This document shows positions 30,383-40,758 of a stretch of DNA of 64,000 bases, in pieces. Every line of letters starts with the position of its first letter. Positions within the stretch are counted from its first letter, which is position 1. The position numbers and the translations under genes are program-made. Location of the stretch: contig JAADGS010000030.1 of assembly GCA_013152275.1 (NCBI GenBank), positions 1 through 64,000 on the forward strand. Direction: 5' to 3'. A model generated the notes under the pieces. It saw only the letters and a program-made list of their open reading frames with translations, did no database searches and was not told the origin of the DNA. Source of the DNA: Actinomycetota bacterium (lineage in GTDB: Bacteria; Actinomycetota; Acidimicrobiia; Spongiisociales; UBA4744).

Positions 30383-31738
30383 TCAGTCGACCTCCTCGAC
30401 GAGTACGGATAGTGGTTCGCGGGCCTGCGGAGCCTCCGGAAGTGCACGGACGATCGCCTCGAGATCCTCGGAAGCAGACGCTCCGATCAGGGCGGCCAGT
30501 TTGCTGCGAATCTCTCGCCAGCCCAGGGGACGGTGCGCCTCGGCTCCGATCGGGTTCTCGACTTCGGCCGTCCGGGCGGTCCCGTCGGCCAGATGCACCG
30601 TGACCCGGGCCCCGCGCCGTTCCGGCAGGCGACGTTCGAACTCTTCGGTTGCGCGGACCGACACTCTCGCCGCCAGAGCTTGCACCTGCGGGTCCGCCCG
30701 GTGTTCAGCATCCGTTGCCGCCGGACCGAAGCTCCCATCGCGCAGCATGACCGCCACGACATAGGGGATGGAGAACATGGCGGCCAACCGTGACGGCCAT
30801 TCGGTCCGGTTCAGGCTTGAAGCGATACTGTATGTTTCGACGTCGACCGACACGATCTGCGCGAGTTCCCACGGCTCGCGGAGCAGCTCGACCGCGTCGG
30901 CGGCGGAATGAGTATATGCGCATGCTGCGTGGCGCTTGAAGTAGCCATTGGAGATCTCGAATCGGACACCGAGATCGGCGATGAGTTCCTCGACGTCGAA
31001 TGATCCGAGAATCCTTCCGAGACTGTATACGGCCGTATCATCGGTGCGAGCAAGGCCTGCGGCAGCCATCCGGGCCGCAACGACTCCTGCAACGCCGGCG
31101 GCGCCCATCCAGGTGTTGCGAATCAGATTCCCGGTGAACGCAGACTCGAACGGTGCCGCCAGCACCAATCCAGACGCGGCATCGAGTCCGGCGGCAGTCT
31201 GCTCGGCGTCGAGCCCCAACAAGCGGGCGGCCGCTGCTGCGGCTCCAGCGGACCCCCAGTTGCCATGCGGATGGACTCCCGGGTGCAGCCGGGTGGCGCG
31301 ACCATAACGAGCGGCGATCTCGTATCCGGCCAGAAACGCCGTCAACCACTGTTTTCCGGACGGCGCGGTCTCGAAGCCCAACGCCAACGCTGCCGGGAGC
31401 ACATGGCCGGCAGGATGTCCTCGCGCGAACTTGCTGCCCTCGTCGAGTTCGAGACAGCAGATGGCCATCGCGTTGATCCAGACAGACGGCTCCGTCGCCA
31501 TGGTCCGCCCCAACCCGACCAGGGGAACCGGCCCCTGCGTGACCCAACGGTCGGCGAAGCGGGCGACCTCGGATGTCCTCGCTCCCGCTGCAGCGACTCC
31601 GAGAGTGTCATAGAGAACGAGCAGCGTCCGATCCTGAATGCTCGGTGGCGTCTCCTCCCACCTGAGCTGCGAGACAAACGATCCCAGGCTCCGCAACGCG
31701 TTCGTGACCTCTCTGCCCATTCGTTGCTTTTCACCCAT
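30383..31738 (-). CDS. MmgE/PrpD family protein
   Basis: YDTLGVA, LELDEG...GHP, HPHG, YFKRHAACAYTH, FSIPY. Confidence 0.88.
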   Translation of the reverse strand: MGEKQRMGREVTNALRSLGSFVSQLRWEETPPSIQDRTLLVLYDTLGVAAAGARTSEVARFADRWVTQGPVPLVGLGRTMATEPSVWINAMAICCLELDEGSKFARGHPAGHVLPAALALGFETAPSGKQWLTAFLAGYEIAARYGRATRLHPGVHPHGNWGSAGAAAAAARLLGLDAEQTAAGLDAASGLVLAAPFESAFTGNLIRNTWMGAAGVAGVVAARMAAAGLARTDDTAVYSLGRILGSFDVEELIADLGVRFEISNGYFKRHAACAYTHSAADAVELLREPWELAQIVSVDVETYSIASSLNRTEWPSRLAAMFSIPYVVAVMLRDGSFGPAATDAEHRADPQVQALAARVSVRATEEFERRLPERRGARVTVHLADGTARTAEVENPIGAEAHRPLGWREIRSKLAALIGASASEDLEAIVRALPEAPQAREPLSVLVEEVD

Positions 31739-31795
31739 CGCTCACCTCCGATTCAGCACGCCCGCCGGCACCGATGACCCGTGGTGCGACCGTCG

Positions 31796-32497
31796 TCACA
31801 TCCCCAAGTACGCCGACCGGACCCGATCGTTGCCCAGCAGTTGCTCACCCGTTCCCTCGATGACAACGTGTCCGCTTTCCAGCACATAGCCTCTGTCACA
31901 GATCTGTAGAGCATGCACGGCGTTCTGCTCAACGAGTACCACGGTGACCCCACGCCGGCTGATATCACGCACAACGTCGAAGATGCCGGCCACGAGTATG
32001 GGCGCCAGGCCCAACGAGGGCTCGTCGAGCATGAGCAGCTTCGGACGCGCCATGAGTGCCCGGCCGATCGCCAGCATCTGCTGTTCACCTCCGCTGAGCG
32101 TCCCAGCCTCCTGACATCGGCGCTCCTCGAGACGGGGGAAAATCTCCAGGACTTCTTTCAGGGTCTCGGTCTGCCGAGATCTCCCCCGTCGATATGCCCC
32201 CATGGCAAGGTTCTCGGCCACCGTGAGTCCCGGGAACAGCTTTCTCGCTTCCGGCACCTGAATGAGCCCGTGCTCAACAATGCGGCGAGGTCTCCACGTG
32301 TGAATAGGGTTCCCTTCATACGTAATGGTTCCACTCGTAGGTCGCATGAGACCCGACACCGTCCTCATCGTTGTCGTCTTGCCGGCACCATTTGCGCCGA
32401 TGAGCGCGACCACTTCCCCCTCACTCACCCGTAGCGAGACTCCGTGGAGGACCTCCAGGTCGCCGTAGCCGGCGTGAAGCGCGTCAATCTCCAGCAA
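31796..32497 (-). CDS. HAAT ABC transporter ATP-binding protein (LivF-like)
   Basis: GANGAGKT, LSGGEQQM, LDEPSLGLAP, VEQN. Confidence 0.92.
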   Translation of the reverse strand: MLEIDALHAGYGDLEVLHGVSLRVSEGEVVALIGANGAGKTTTMRTVSGLMRPTSGTITYEGNPIHTWRPRRIVEHGLIQVPEARKLFPGLTVAENLAMGAYRRGRSRQTETLKEVLEIFPRLEERRCQEAGTLSGGEQQMLAIGRALMARPKLLMLDEPSLGLAPILVAGIFDVVRDISRRGVTVVLVEQNAVHALQICDRGYVLESGHVVIEGTGEQLLGNDRVRSAYLGM

Positions 32498-33218
32498 TCT
32501 GGAACTCCTGACCGAGGTACGCGTCGATGACGGCCTGATTCCGAGCGATTGCGCCGGGCACTCCGACAGCGAGCACCTCCCCGTGGTGCAGGACCGCAAT
32601 CCGGTCCGAAACCGACATCATGGCCGCCATGACATGTTCGATGACAAGGATGGAGATGCCCTTGCTCCGAATCTCGCGCACGATCTCCACCATCTCGGCA
32701 CCCTCTGTGGGAGTCAAGCCCGCCATGACTTCGTCGAGGAGCAGCAGCGTCGGTTCCGTCGCCAACGCTCGAGCGAGCTCGAGGCGCTTGCGAGCCGCCA
32801 GCGTCAACGACGAGGCCGGCATCTGCATCATGGAGTCGAGTCCTACAAAGTGGATCACCTCACTTGCCTTACGCCGAGCGTCGGCCGGGTCACGAACGCG
32901 CAGGAATGCCCCCACCATGACATTGGAAAGCACACTGAGCTGCCCGAAAGGCTTCACCACCTGGAACGTGCGCGCGATGCCCCGTTCCGCGACCGTGAAG
33001 GCGGGGAGCCCGACCAGCGAATCTCCCCTGAATCGAATCTCGCCACGGTCGGTCCGGATAGCGCCGCTGATCAGGTTGAAGAGAGTGGTCTTGCCGGCTC
33101 CGTTCGGACCGATGAGGCCGAGGATCTCGCCTTCGTTCAGGTCGAGGCTGACATTCTTCACGGCTTGAAGCCCTCCGAAGGACTTCGAGATGTTCCGGAC
33201 TTCAAGGAGGACACTCAT
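32484..33218 (-). CDS. HAAT ABC transporter ATP-binding protein (LivG-like)
   Basis: GPNGAGKT, IARTFQ, LDEVMAGL, IEH, DAYLG. Confidence 0.92.
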   Translation of the reverse strand: MSVLLEVRNISKSFGGLQAVKNVSLDLNEGEILGLIGPNGAGKTTLFNLISGAIRTDRGEIRFRGDSLVGLPAFTVAERGIARTFQVVKPFGQLSVLSNVMVGAFLRVRDPADARRKASEVIHFVGLDSMMQMPASSLTLAARKRLELARALATEPTLLLLDEVMAGLTPTEGAEMVEIVREIRSKGISILVIEHVMAAMMSVSDRIAVLHHGEVLAVGVPGAIARNQAVIDAYLGQEFQIAGD

Positions 33219-34246
33219 CGTTCCATCCTCGTTCGGATGCGTCGAACAACACCAACGACACCCTCCGGTGCGAAAATGATCACGACGATGAGAAACGCCC
33301 CGAACAGCATCCCGTCCAGTCCGTTGACACCCTGCAAGAAGCTCAGAAACGCGGGCGGCTGCCGGACGAGTGTGCGGGTCCCTTCTCCGAGAACCGCCAG
33401 GACGCCCGCTCCGACGAGGGGCCCCCAGATCGTGCCCACGCCGCCCACTATGGGACGCAGCAGAATCTGCACGGACACGAGCGCGCCGAAGGCGAGATCC
33501 GGGTCGATGAAGAGGAAATACTGCACATAGAAACCGCCGGCAAGAGCGGTGAAGAACCCGCTCAAGGCCACGGCCAAGAGCTTGTACTTGAGAGGATCCA
33601 CTCCCAGGGCAGCCGCTGCATCCTCGTCGTCCCGTATGGCGACCATGTAGTGGCCGGCTCGTGACCGCACCATCCACACGGTGGCCGCCAATGCCAGTGC
33701 CAAAAGCAGGAGAATGACGAAATAGGAGTTGCGTTGGGTGTTCTCGAACTGGAACCTGGCCCAGTCATCACCCCCCACCAACGGGATATGAATACCGATC
33801 GCCTTGTTGATGAACGACGAACCACTGGCAAGCAGACGCAACATCTCAGCGAACGCGAACGTGGCAAGTGCGAAGTACGCACCCCTGAGCTTGTACCGAA
33901 ACGAGAGATACCCGGTCACAAGACCGAAGACGGCGGCCAATGCTCCACCGATCAGCAGCCCGACCCAAGGCGACAGCAAGTACTTCGTGAGCAGAACTGC
34001 CACCGTGTATGCGCCGATACCGAAGTAGGCGGCGTGTCCGAATGAGAATTGACCCGCGTAGCCACCCATCATGTTCCAGCCGGTTCCCATGAGAGCGAAC
34101 ATCAGTGCCACGGTCGCAACGGTGAGCGCAAAACGCGAAAGGAAGAACGGTAGAAGGGCGAGCAGTATCACGACGATCACCAGCGCACGAACGTCCTGTG
34201 ATCCGATCCGGACGGGATTCATGAGACGCTTCATGAAACGATTCAT
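33215..34246 (-). CDS. HAAT ABC transporter permease (LivM-like)
   Basis: GYAGQFSFGHAAYFGIGAY, GAYFALAT, GGVGT. Confidence 0.92.
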   Translation of the reverse strand: MNRFMKRLMNPVRIGSQDVRALVIVVILLALLPFFLSRFALTVATVALMFALMGTGWNMMGGYAGQFSFGHAAYFGIGAYTVAVLLTKYLLSPWVGLLIGGALAAVFGLVTGYLSFRYKLRGAYFALATFAFAEMLRLLASGSSFINKAIGIHIPLVGGDDWARFQFENTQRNSYFVILLLLALALAATVWMVRSRAGHYMVAIRDDEDAAAALGVDPLKYKLLAVALSGFFTALAGGFYVQYFLFIDPDLAFGALVSVQILLRPIVGGVGTIWGPLVGAGVLAVLGEGTRTLVRQPPAFLSFLQGVNGLDGMLFGAFLIVVIIFAPEGVVGVVRRIRTRMER

Positions 34247-35265
34247 GTCCGGCTCCCGAACAGACCCTCGGGGCGGAGCAACAACACGAGAATGAACAGC
34301 GCGAAAACCCCAATCAGTTTGGACGATCCAGGAACAAAGAGCTGAGTGAGTTCCTGTGTCAGCCCAATGAGAAACCCTCCCGCGAGGGCACCCTGGATGC
34401 TGCCCATGCCGCCGAGGACAACCACGACGAACGCGATGATGTTGAATGTCTCACCGGCAGTGGGGCTCACGAAGAAGAACGGCAGAATCAGAGAGCCTGC
34501 TGCGCCGACGCTCGCCGCTCCGATCCCGAAGGTGATCAGGTAGATACGTCGAACGTCGATTCCCACCAACTCGGCCCCTTCGGGATCCTGAGCCGCTGCG
34601 CGAATGGCGGTACCGAGTGGCGTACGTTGCATCAGAAGGAAGAGACCGCCGGCCAAGAGCAACGACACAATGAAGGCTATGGCTTTGGGAAGCGTCACGA
34701 CCGCCCCGAATATCCGGAGCGGAAAGTCGATCGCAAGCGGACCTAACGCAAGCGCGCCAGACGCATAGGGAAGCTCGATCGATCGGGGAGTACCGCTGAA
34801 GAGCACGAGGAGCAGATTCTGGATGAACAGCGCCAAACCCAATGTCAGCAAGAGCTGGTTGTGCAATGGCGCGTCCATCACCGGGTTGATGATCGTTGCC
34901 TGGATCACCACTCCGATGATGAACAGAAGCGGAATCGTGACCAGCATCGCCACGTAGGGATCAATCCCGTAGGACCTCACCAGCACGAATGCTGCATACA
35001 TGGCAACGCTCATCAGGGCGCCATGAGCGAAGTTGATGATATCGAGCACCCCGAACACGAGACTGAGACCCATCGACACGAGGCTGTAGACACTTCCGAT
35101 GAGAAGCCCACTCACGACCGCCTGGACGAAGATCGTGTGGTGTAACTCCCACCACCCGGTCCCCCAGGCGAGCAACGCGAGCACCGCCACACCAAAGACA
35201 ACGAGGGCGATCCGGAGGAGGATTCCTCCGGATCGCCCTCGCGTCTCAACAGTCGTTTCCGCCAC
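34243..35265 (-). CDS. HAAT ABC transporter permease (LivH-like)
   Basis: GLSLVFGVLDIINFAHG, VVLGGMGS, LRPEGL. Confidence 0.92.
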   Translation of the reverse strand: MAETTVETRGRSGGILLRIALVVFGVAVLALLAWGTGWWELHHTIFVQAVVSGLLIGSVYSLVSMGLSLVFGVLDIINFAHGALMSVAMYAAFVLVRSYGIDPYVAMLVTIPLLFIIGVVIQATIINPVMDAPLHNQLLLTLGLALFIQNLLLVLFSGTPRSIELPYASGALALGPLAIDFPLRIFGAVVTLPKAIAFIVSLLLAGGLFLLMQRTPLGTAIRAAAQDPEGAELVGIDVRRIYLITFGIGAASVGAAGSLILPFFFVSPTAGETFNIIAFVVVVLGGMGSIQGALAGGFLIGLTQELTQLFVPGSSKLIGVFALFILVLLLRPEGLFGSRT

Positions 35266-35289
35266 GAACGCTCCTCTGGCGCGGGGTTG

Positions 35290-36615
35290 CTACTTCCAGG
35301 ACACTGCCGGGTACTTGGGCTGACTCTCCTGGAGTTCGGCAGGCCACACCTGCTGCACAGCGCCATTCTGCACCTGCATCAGCACCGGTTGCGCATTCAC
35401 GTTCTCACCTGCCGAATTGAACTTGATCGGCCCCGGGTACGCCATGAGATGATCTGACAAGTTGGTCTGTGACAACGCATCACGAATGGCCGTGGGATCC
35501 GTCGAGCCGGCTCGCTCAATGGCATCTGCAAGCACAACGACCGCCTGATAGGCGAGCACGGAGGCTGTGTCCATCAGCTCACCGTACTGGGCTTGGTACC
35601 GATCGCGAACGTCGGCAACCTTCGTGCTGGCGGCGTTGTAGTGGTAATTCGAATCGAAGAAACCCTCGGCTCCGGCCGCGAAGTCAGCAGTGAACTCGGG
35701 CGTGTCGAACGCACCGTTCGCGACTCCGAATATCGCCTTGACATCGACGGCAAGGTCCTTGGCGGCGCGCGCCGCCAAGAGGCCATCGTTGTAGTAGCCG
35801 GTCACCACGATCACATCCGGCTTGGGGGCGGCGGCCTGGGTCATTTCAGTGGTCAGGTCGGTAACCGTGAACGCACCGTAGGGAATCTCCGCGACCACTT
35901 CGATGCCATAGTCGGCGGCGGCGGCCTTGAATGCCTCGAAGACGCTCGTACCGAATCCGCTCTCTTCGTGTAGGTAGGAAACCTTGGTGACCGGCTCTCC
36001 GGCGGCCGTGGCAACCGTATTCAGGAATTCGGCTCCGTACTTGCCCATCGCCGTCGCGTTCGGCTGAACACGAAACGAGTACTTGTAGCCCTGCTGCAGG
36101 ATCGAGTCTGCTACGGCCACATCGATCACCAAAGGCACATTGCTACGTTCGGCGATGGCGGCAACGTTGGTGGTGACCGACGACTGATAGCTGCCGATGA
36201 GTCCGACAACACCTTCACCAACCAGCCGCTCGGCTTCCGCCTGACCTACCTCCGGCGCTCCCGTCGAGTCCGCGGACAGCAACTCCAGCTTTGCGCCTCC
36301 AAGGGATGCAATTCCACCGGCCTCATTGATATCGGCGACGGCCATCTTCGCGGCATTGTCCATCTTGGTCCCCGCACCGGCCAGCGCACCCGTCAAGGGA
36401 TGGATGGCCCCGATCTTGATGGTCTCCACCGGTGCAGCAGCCGTCGTGGTTGCCGCAGGCGCGGTCGTCGTTGTCACCGTCGCTTGCCCACTGGTCGTGG
36501 TCGTCGCGGCTTGGGTAGTCGGGGTGGTCGTTGTCTCACTGGTGCCACTGACACATGCGCTCGCGATGAGTGCCAGCGTCATCACCAGGATGAGAAGCTT
36601 GGAAAGCCGCTTCAT
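35290..36615 (-). CDS. HAAT ABC transporter substrate-binding lipoprotein (LivK-like)
   Basis: Lipobox IASAC, Thr-rich linker, IKIGAIHPLTG, GSYQS. Confidence 0.9.
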   Translation of the reverse strand: MKRLSKLLILVMTLALIASACVSGTSETTTTPTTQAATTTTSGQATVTTTTAPAATTTAAAPVETIKIGAIHPLTGALAGAGTKMDNAAKMAVADINEAGGIASLGGAKLELLSADSTGAPEVGQAEAERLVGEGVVGLIGSYQSSVTTNVAAIAERSNVPLVIDVAVADSILQQGYKYSFRVQPNATAMGKYGAEFLNTVATAAGEPVTKVSYLHEESGFGTSVFEAFKAAAADYGIEVVAEIPYGAFTVTDLTTEMTQAAAPKPDVIVVTGYYNDGLLAARAAKDLAVDVKAIFGVANGAFDTPEFTADFAAGAEGFFDSNYHYNAASTKVADVRDRYQAQYGELMDTASVLAYQAVVVLADAIERAGSTDPTAIRDALSQTNLSDHLMAYPGPIKFNSAGENVNAQPVLMQVQNGAVQQVWPAELQESQPKYPAVSWK

Positions 36616-36642
36616 GAAGTCCTCCCGTTCAGCCTTCAGAGC

Positions 36643-36667
36643 GTTTCTTCTAGCGAAACGCTGTTCC
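36643..36667. promoter_or_regulatory. Putative IclR operator (palindrome plus half site)
   Basis: GTTTC-N7-GAAAC, gct, GTTCC in the divergent SBP/SnoaL intergenic region. Confidence 0.65.
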
Positions 36668-36699
36668 TGAAATCTATCATCCTTGGTATGCCAGTGTCA

Positions 36700-37101
36700 A
36701 TGGAGCGCGAATTCGGTCCTGACCATCCCATTCAGATCGTGGCTCGTTATCTCGAGCTGTCGAGCTGCAGGAGGCTCGCCGAAGCCCAAGGCTGCCTTGA
36801 CGATCATGCCCAATTGATATTCCCCAATGGCACCTTTGCCGGTGTCGAAGACATGGTCCAAGCAACTCGAAGTCGGTATCGGAGCATCGCCAAAACCTAC
36901 GTCTCCTGGGATGTGGCGTACCACGAAGACGGATCGGTGGTCGTGGTGAGCACCGGCACGTTGAACGGCATCAACAGCCACGGAGTCCCCTTCTCCGGAG
37001 TCCGTTACATCGACCGGTTCGTGCTTCGTGACGGGAAGATCACCCTGCAACAGGTATGGAACGATTTGGCGGAGGCACGTGTCCTGGAACGCCGCGAATA
37101 G
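36700..37101 (+). CDS. SnoaL-like / NTF2-fold protein
   Basis: GTLNG...GVPFSGVRYIDRFVLRDGKITLQQVWNDL. Confidence 0.8.
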   Translation: MEREFGPDHPIQIVARYLELSSCRRLAEAQGCLDDHAQLIFPNGTFAGVEDMVQATRSRYRSIAKTYVSWDVAYHEDGSVVVVSTGTLNGINSHGVPFSGVRYIDRFVLRDGKITLQQVWNDLAEARVLERRE

Positions 37102-37107
37102 CTGTAG

Positions 37108-37791
37108 TCACCGCTGCGACAGGAGAGTGTCGGTCGTCAGGACCCGACCGAACAACCGGCCGAAACTGATCACGGATGCCCGGTGCAGCTGCGCCGACGC
37201 CGCAGCGCAGGCATCGTCGACAAGGACACACGGATAACCGAGATCTGCGGCTTCTCGACCGGTGCTCTCCACACACGAGTTGGTCGATACCCCTGTCAAG
37301 ACGACCTGATCGACCCCGAGACGGAGGAGCACGTCGTACAGATCCGATCCAAGGAACCCACCGGCGGTGGTCTTGATAACCACCGAATCGCCCGGCGACG
37401 GCGCAACGAGTTCGAGGATCTCATGGTTGGGACTCCCCACCCGGTTGTTCGTCGCAACCATAAGAGGCCGAAGGAACGGCGCGACGTCATCAAAGCTGCC
37501 GGTACGGCTCCCCAAAGCCACATAGACGACTGGAGATCCCACCGATCGATACCGATCGAGCAGACGACGAACGTTGGGCACGACCTGCTGTTCGATACGG
37601 TCGAACCTCCACGCACCGCGATTCGCCTCACCCCTCTCGGCGAGAAGTCGACCCAACCCGTGGTAACGAGACGCAGACGCGTACTGCAGGTCGATCACGA
37701 GGAGGGCAGATCGGGAGATCTCGAAGTCGAACGGGGCGCGAAAGTCGATCGCGTAGTCGTTCGAGCACTCGGGCACTGCAGTTGGACACAT
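37108..37791 (-). CDS. Isochorismatase-family cysteine hydrolase
   Basis: Triad ALLVIDLQ / VIK / TGVSTNSCVEST. Confidence 0.88.
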   Translation of the reverse strand: MCPTAVPECSNDYAIDFRAPFDFEISRSALLVIDLQYASASRYHGLGRLLAERGEANRGAWRFDRIEQQVVPNVRRLLDRYRSVGSPVVYVALGSRTGSFDDVAPFLRPLMVATNNRVGSPNHEILELVAPSPGDSVVIKTTAGGFLGSDLYDVLLRLGVDQVVLTGVSTNSCVESTGREAADLGYPCVLVDDACAAASAQLHRASVISFGRLFGRVLTTDTLLSQR

Positions 37792-38537
37792 CACGGAATC
37801 GCAGTACGGCGCCCCATGTCGAGCAGAAGTGTCGACCCAGCGAGGGCCGTTGCCTCCGGGTCGAGGAGAAGGCTCACCGCCCAGGCAACCTGTTCGGGCA
37901 TCGCCAGTTCTCCCGTCGGTGCCGCCGACTGGAGCCGCTCGAGCATGACCTCTTCGTCAAGATGTTGGACTCGCGCCATGTCGGCAACAAGAGCACGAAG
38001 ACGGTCGGTGTCCACCGGACCCGGTGCAATTGCATGGCACGTGACACCACGCGGGGAATACGCGCGACTCAGCTGGCGAACGAGATTGGCCAACGCTGCG
38101 TTGGCGACCCCGGCCGTAACTGCCTCGGGAATCGGGTCGTAGCCCAGATTCCCTGTCACGGCAATGAGTCGGGAGCCGCGCTCCAGATGCGAATCAACGG
38201 CCCGCACGAGACGAAGCATGCCGTTCACTTTGAGATCGATCGCTGCGCTGACGGCATCTGTCGTCACGTCATCGACAGTCCCCCCAAGGGGTATGCCCGC
38301 GACATGAACGGCAACACGGACCCTTCCTCCCAGCTCCGCGGCGATCGACTCCGAGGCCGCATCGGATCGCAGATCCGCAACACAGGGAACGATGCCGGGA
38401 ACCGTGTCGGCGAGTTCTGCGAGGGTTTCCGCGGTACGGCTCACGGCAAGCACAGTGAGGCCACGCCCGGCAAGACGCCGCGCTATGGGCCGGCCCAACG
38501 CCCCGCTGGCTCCGACGACAACGGCCCACTCACTCAT
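37791..38537 (-). CDS. Short-chain dehydrogenase/reductase (atypical, lacks YxxxK)
   Basis: VVGASGALG, AIAPGPVDTDR, LDMG. Confidence 0.8.
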   Translation of the reverse strand: MSEWAVVVGASGALGRPIARRLAGRGLTVLAVSRTAETLAELADTVPGIVPCVADLRSDAASESIAAELGGRVRVAVHVAGIPLGGTVDDVTTDAVSAAIDLKVNGMLRLVRAVDSHLERGSRLIAVTGNLGYDPIPEAVTAGVANAALANLVRQLSRAYSPRGVTCHAIAPGPVDTDRLRALVADMARVQHLDEEVMLERLQSAAPTGELAMPEQVAWAVSLLLDPEATALAGSTLLLDMGRRTAIP

Positions 38538-39931
38538 GCGATCTCCAACACACGGTCCACACTCGGCGCCTCCTCGAGTCGCCGGACCGCCTCCACCATC
38601 GCGACAACGTCGCTCTCCGACAGCCGGCGGGAGGCGTTCAGGCGGAACTTCGTGGTGAGTTCTTCGCGACTCAAGGGGCTTTCGGGACCACCTCGATTGT
38701 GACGAACTCGATGTTCGAGCACGGCTCCGGACGACATACGAACCTTCAGAATGCCACCGAAACTGTTCGGAAAGGCGTCGGTGGCTTCCTCATCGGCGAC
38801 ACAGCGGACCAACTCGGCGAGTCGGAGACGATCCGGATCTTCGATCGTGGCGTCGGTGAAATCATCGAGGTACACGCCGAGCCCTCCCCCGCCGAGCAGG
38901 GCCGTGGCGACCGTGAAGGGCCCGCTGAACTTCGCTGCATACGGGCTCGAAGGATGCACCTTCTGCTCTGGAGGCTCGGCAATCGTACGCAGGGTCGGTG
39001 CAGCAACACCGAGTTCGATCTCGACGATATCGGCAACGCAAAGCCCTCGGGATCTGAGTGCGAGTGCAGCATCGATTCCCGCGTGGGTGAAGTGGTTTGT
39101 CGGATACGGCTTGTAGTGAACCCGCTGCAACTCCCATCGGCCACCAAGATCGCCAATGAGAGCCTCCTCGTTGAAACGTCCTTCCGAGTACGCCCGGAAG
39201 AACCCGAAGCGGCCCTCCAACACCGTGGGAGGTCCGGTGACGCCCCGCAAAGCGAGCTGGCCGGCGGAAATGCCTGCGTGCGCCGCCCAACCGCAGTGCA
39301 TCCGCTTGACGGAACCTCCGGTCCGGTTGGCTTCGAGGAGCCCCGCACCCATACTGGCCGCGATGCCGATGGCGCTTGCCATGGCAGTTTCGTCAAGACC
39401 CAAGAGCATCCCGGTCGCGGCTGCCGAGGCGAGGGTGCCACAGATCGAGGTCGCGTGGAGACCGTTTTCGAAGAAGACGGAGTTCTTGATGGCCGGGTCG
39501 TAGGAGGCGGCTCCCAACCGAACGTTGATTTCGTCACCGACGGCCACGGCGACGAGCGCCTCGAGTCCGCCGGCTCCGGATGCCTGGGCGGCAGCAAGCA
39601 CGGCGGGCACGACCGAGGCGGAAGGGTGCAACACCGATGGAAGGTGCGTATCGTCGAAGTCGAGAGCGTGAGCCAGGGTCCCGTTGACGAGCGCGGCACT
39701 CGGGGCCGGCAGGCGAGTTGTCTTCCCGAGCACTCCAGCTTCGGGCTTGCCGCCCCAGTCCGACACCATCTCGTGCACGGCGTCACCGGGTTCGTCGCCC
39801 CACGCCGCCAGGGAATTGCCGAGCACGTCGAGAATCTTCGACTTGACGTCTTCGACAACGACATCGGGAATGCCACGATCGCGCGTCTCCACGGCGAAAG
39901 CGGCCAGTCGCTCAACCAACGTCTCAGCCAT
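38534..39931 (-). CDS. MmgE/PrpD family protein
   Basis: NGTLAHALDFDDTH...HPS, KRMHCG, YKPYPTNHFTH, AKFSGPF. Confidence 0.9.
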   Translation of the reverse strand: MAETLVERLAAFAVETRDRGIPDVVVEDVKSKILDVLGNSLAAWGDEPGDAVHEMVSDWGGKPEAGVLGKTTRLPAPSAALVNGTLAHALDFDDTHLPSVLHPSASVVPAVLAAAQASGAGGLEALVAVAVGDEINVRLGAASYDPAIKNSVFFENGLHATSICGTLASAAATGMLLGLDETAMASAIGIAASMGAGLLEANRTGGSVKRMHCGWAAHAGISAGQLALRGVTGPPTVLEGRFGFFRAYSEGRFNEEALIGDLGGRWELQRVHYKPYPTNHFTHAGIDAALALRSRGLCVADIVEIELGVAAPTLRTIAEPPEQKVHPSSPYAAKFSGPFTVATALLGGGGLGVYLDDFTDATIEDPDRLRLAELVRCVADEEATDAFPNSFGGILKVRMSSGAVLEHRVRHNRGGPESPLSREELTTKFRLNASRRLSESDVVAMVEAVRRLEEAPSVDRVLEIA

Positions 39932-40742
39932 CGATGACCGCCAGCGGCCGAACCGGCGATCCGGTGGCTCCGACCAGCTTCAGGGGGGCGACGATGAACA
40001 GGAACTCGAAGATGCCTTGCTCGGCGAGACCGGTGAGATCCATCACTTCGATGATGTGGATACCCGATTCGACAAGCAGAATACGGTGTACCGGCAGGAC
40101 GCTGTGACCGGCGCCGGGCCGGATGACTTCAAACGCAATGGTCTCGGCGCCGGCAACACGCACTTTCCGGTCAACCAGCCAGTGACCGGCATCGATACCG
40201 AGTCCGGGGGCTCCCCCAGCCTGACCACGAAACGTCTCGGGGTCGGACCAATGCAGCGGCCATCCCGTGCGAATCAATGCAGCTTCACCCGTGCCCGGTC
40301 GTGTGCCGGCTCGCTTGGCGGCCGCGTCGAGGTCGGCTGCAGTGACTTCGTATCCGGCCGGCAGCACATCTACCTCATGAATCGCTGCGACGTCCAGCAG
40401 CACTCCTCGACACAGAATCGGAGCGATGGTTTCGACACCCAACACGGCGAAGCCTTCATGGCTTTGCACGGTCGCAGCATCGATGCTCCCGTACAGTTTG
40501 CCGTTGTGTGACACGTGGGCCAGCGAGTCGATGTGAGTACCGACGTGTCCACCGGTAACGATGATCTCGTTGGCGGCAGAGCCACCGTCGGGACGCATCA
40601 TGTCGCCGTGCCGGCGCAGCAGTGCCATCTGGTAAGCAGGATGATTGGGCGATACGGGCATGCCCCGCCGCATGCCCTGCGCCAGATCGATGACACGCGC
40701 GGAACGAAGTGCATCCCAGTCGATACCGAACGGTGCGGCCAT
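39924..40742 (-). CDS. Cyclase family (kynurenine formamidase-like) metal hydrolase
   Basis: HVGTHID, LIRTGW, PVH..LL...GIHIIE, GATGSPVRP. Confidence 0.88.
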   Translation of the reverse strand: MAAPFGIDWDALRSARVIDLAQGMRRGMPVSPNHPAYQMALLRRHGDMMRPDGGSAANEIIVTGGHVGTHIDSLAHVSHNGKLYGSIDAATVQSHEGFAVLGVETIAPILCRGVLLDVAAIHEVDVLPAGYEVTAADLDAAAKRAGTRPGTGEAALIRTGWPLHWSDPETFRGQAGGAPGLGIDAGHWLVDRKVRVAGAETIAFEVIRPGAGHSVLPVHRILLVESGIHIIEVMDLTGLAEQGIFEFLFIVAPLKLVGATGSPVRPLAVIDG

Positions 40743-40758
40743 CGTGTTCCCTCCCTAC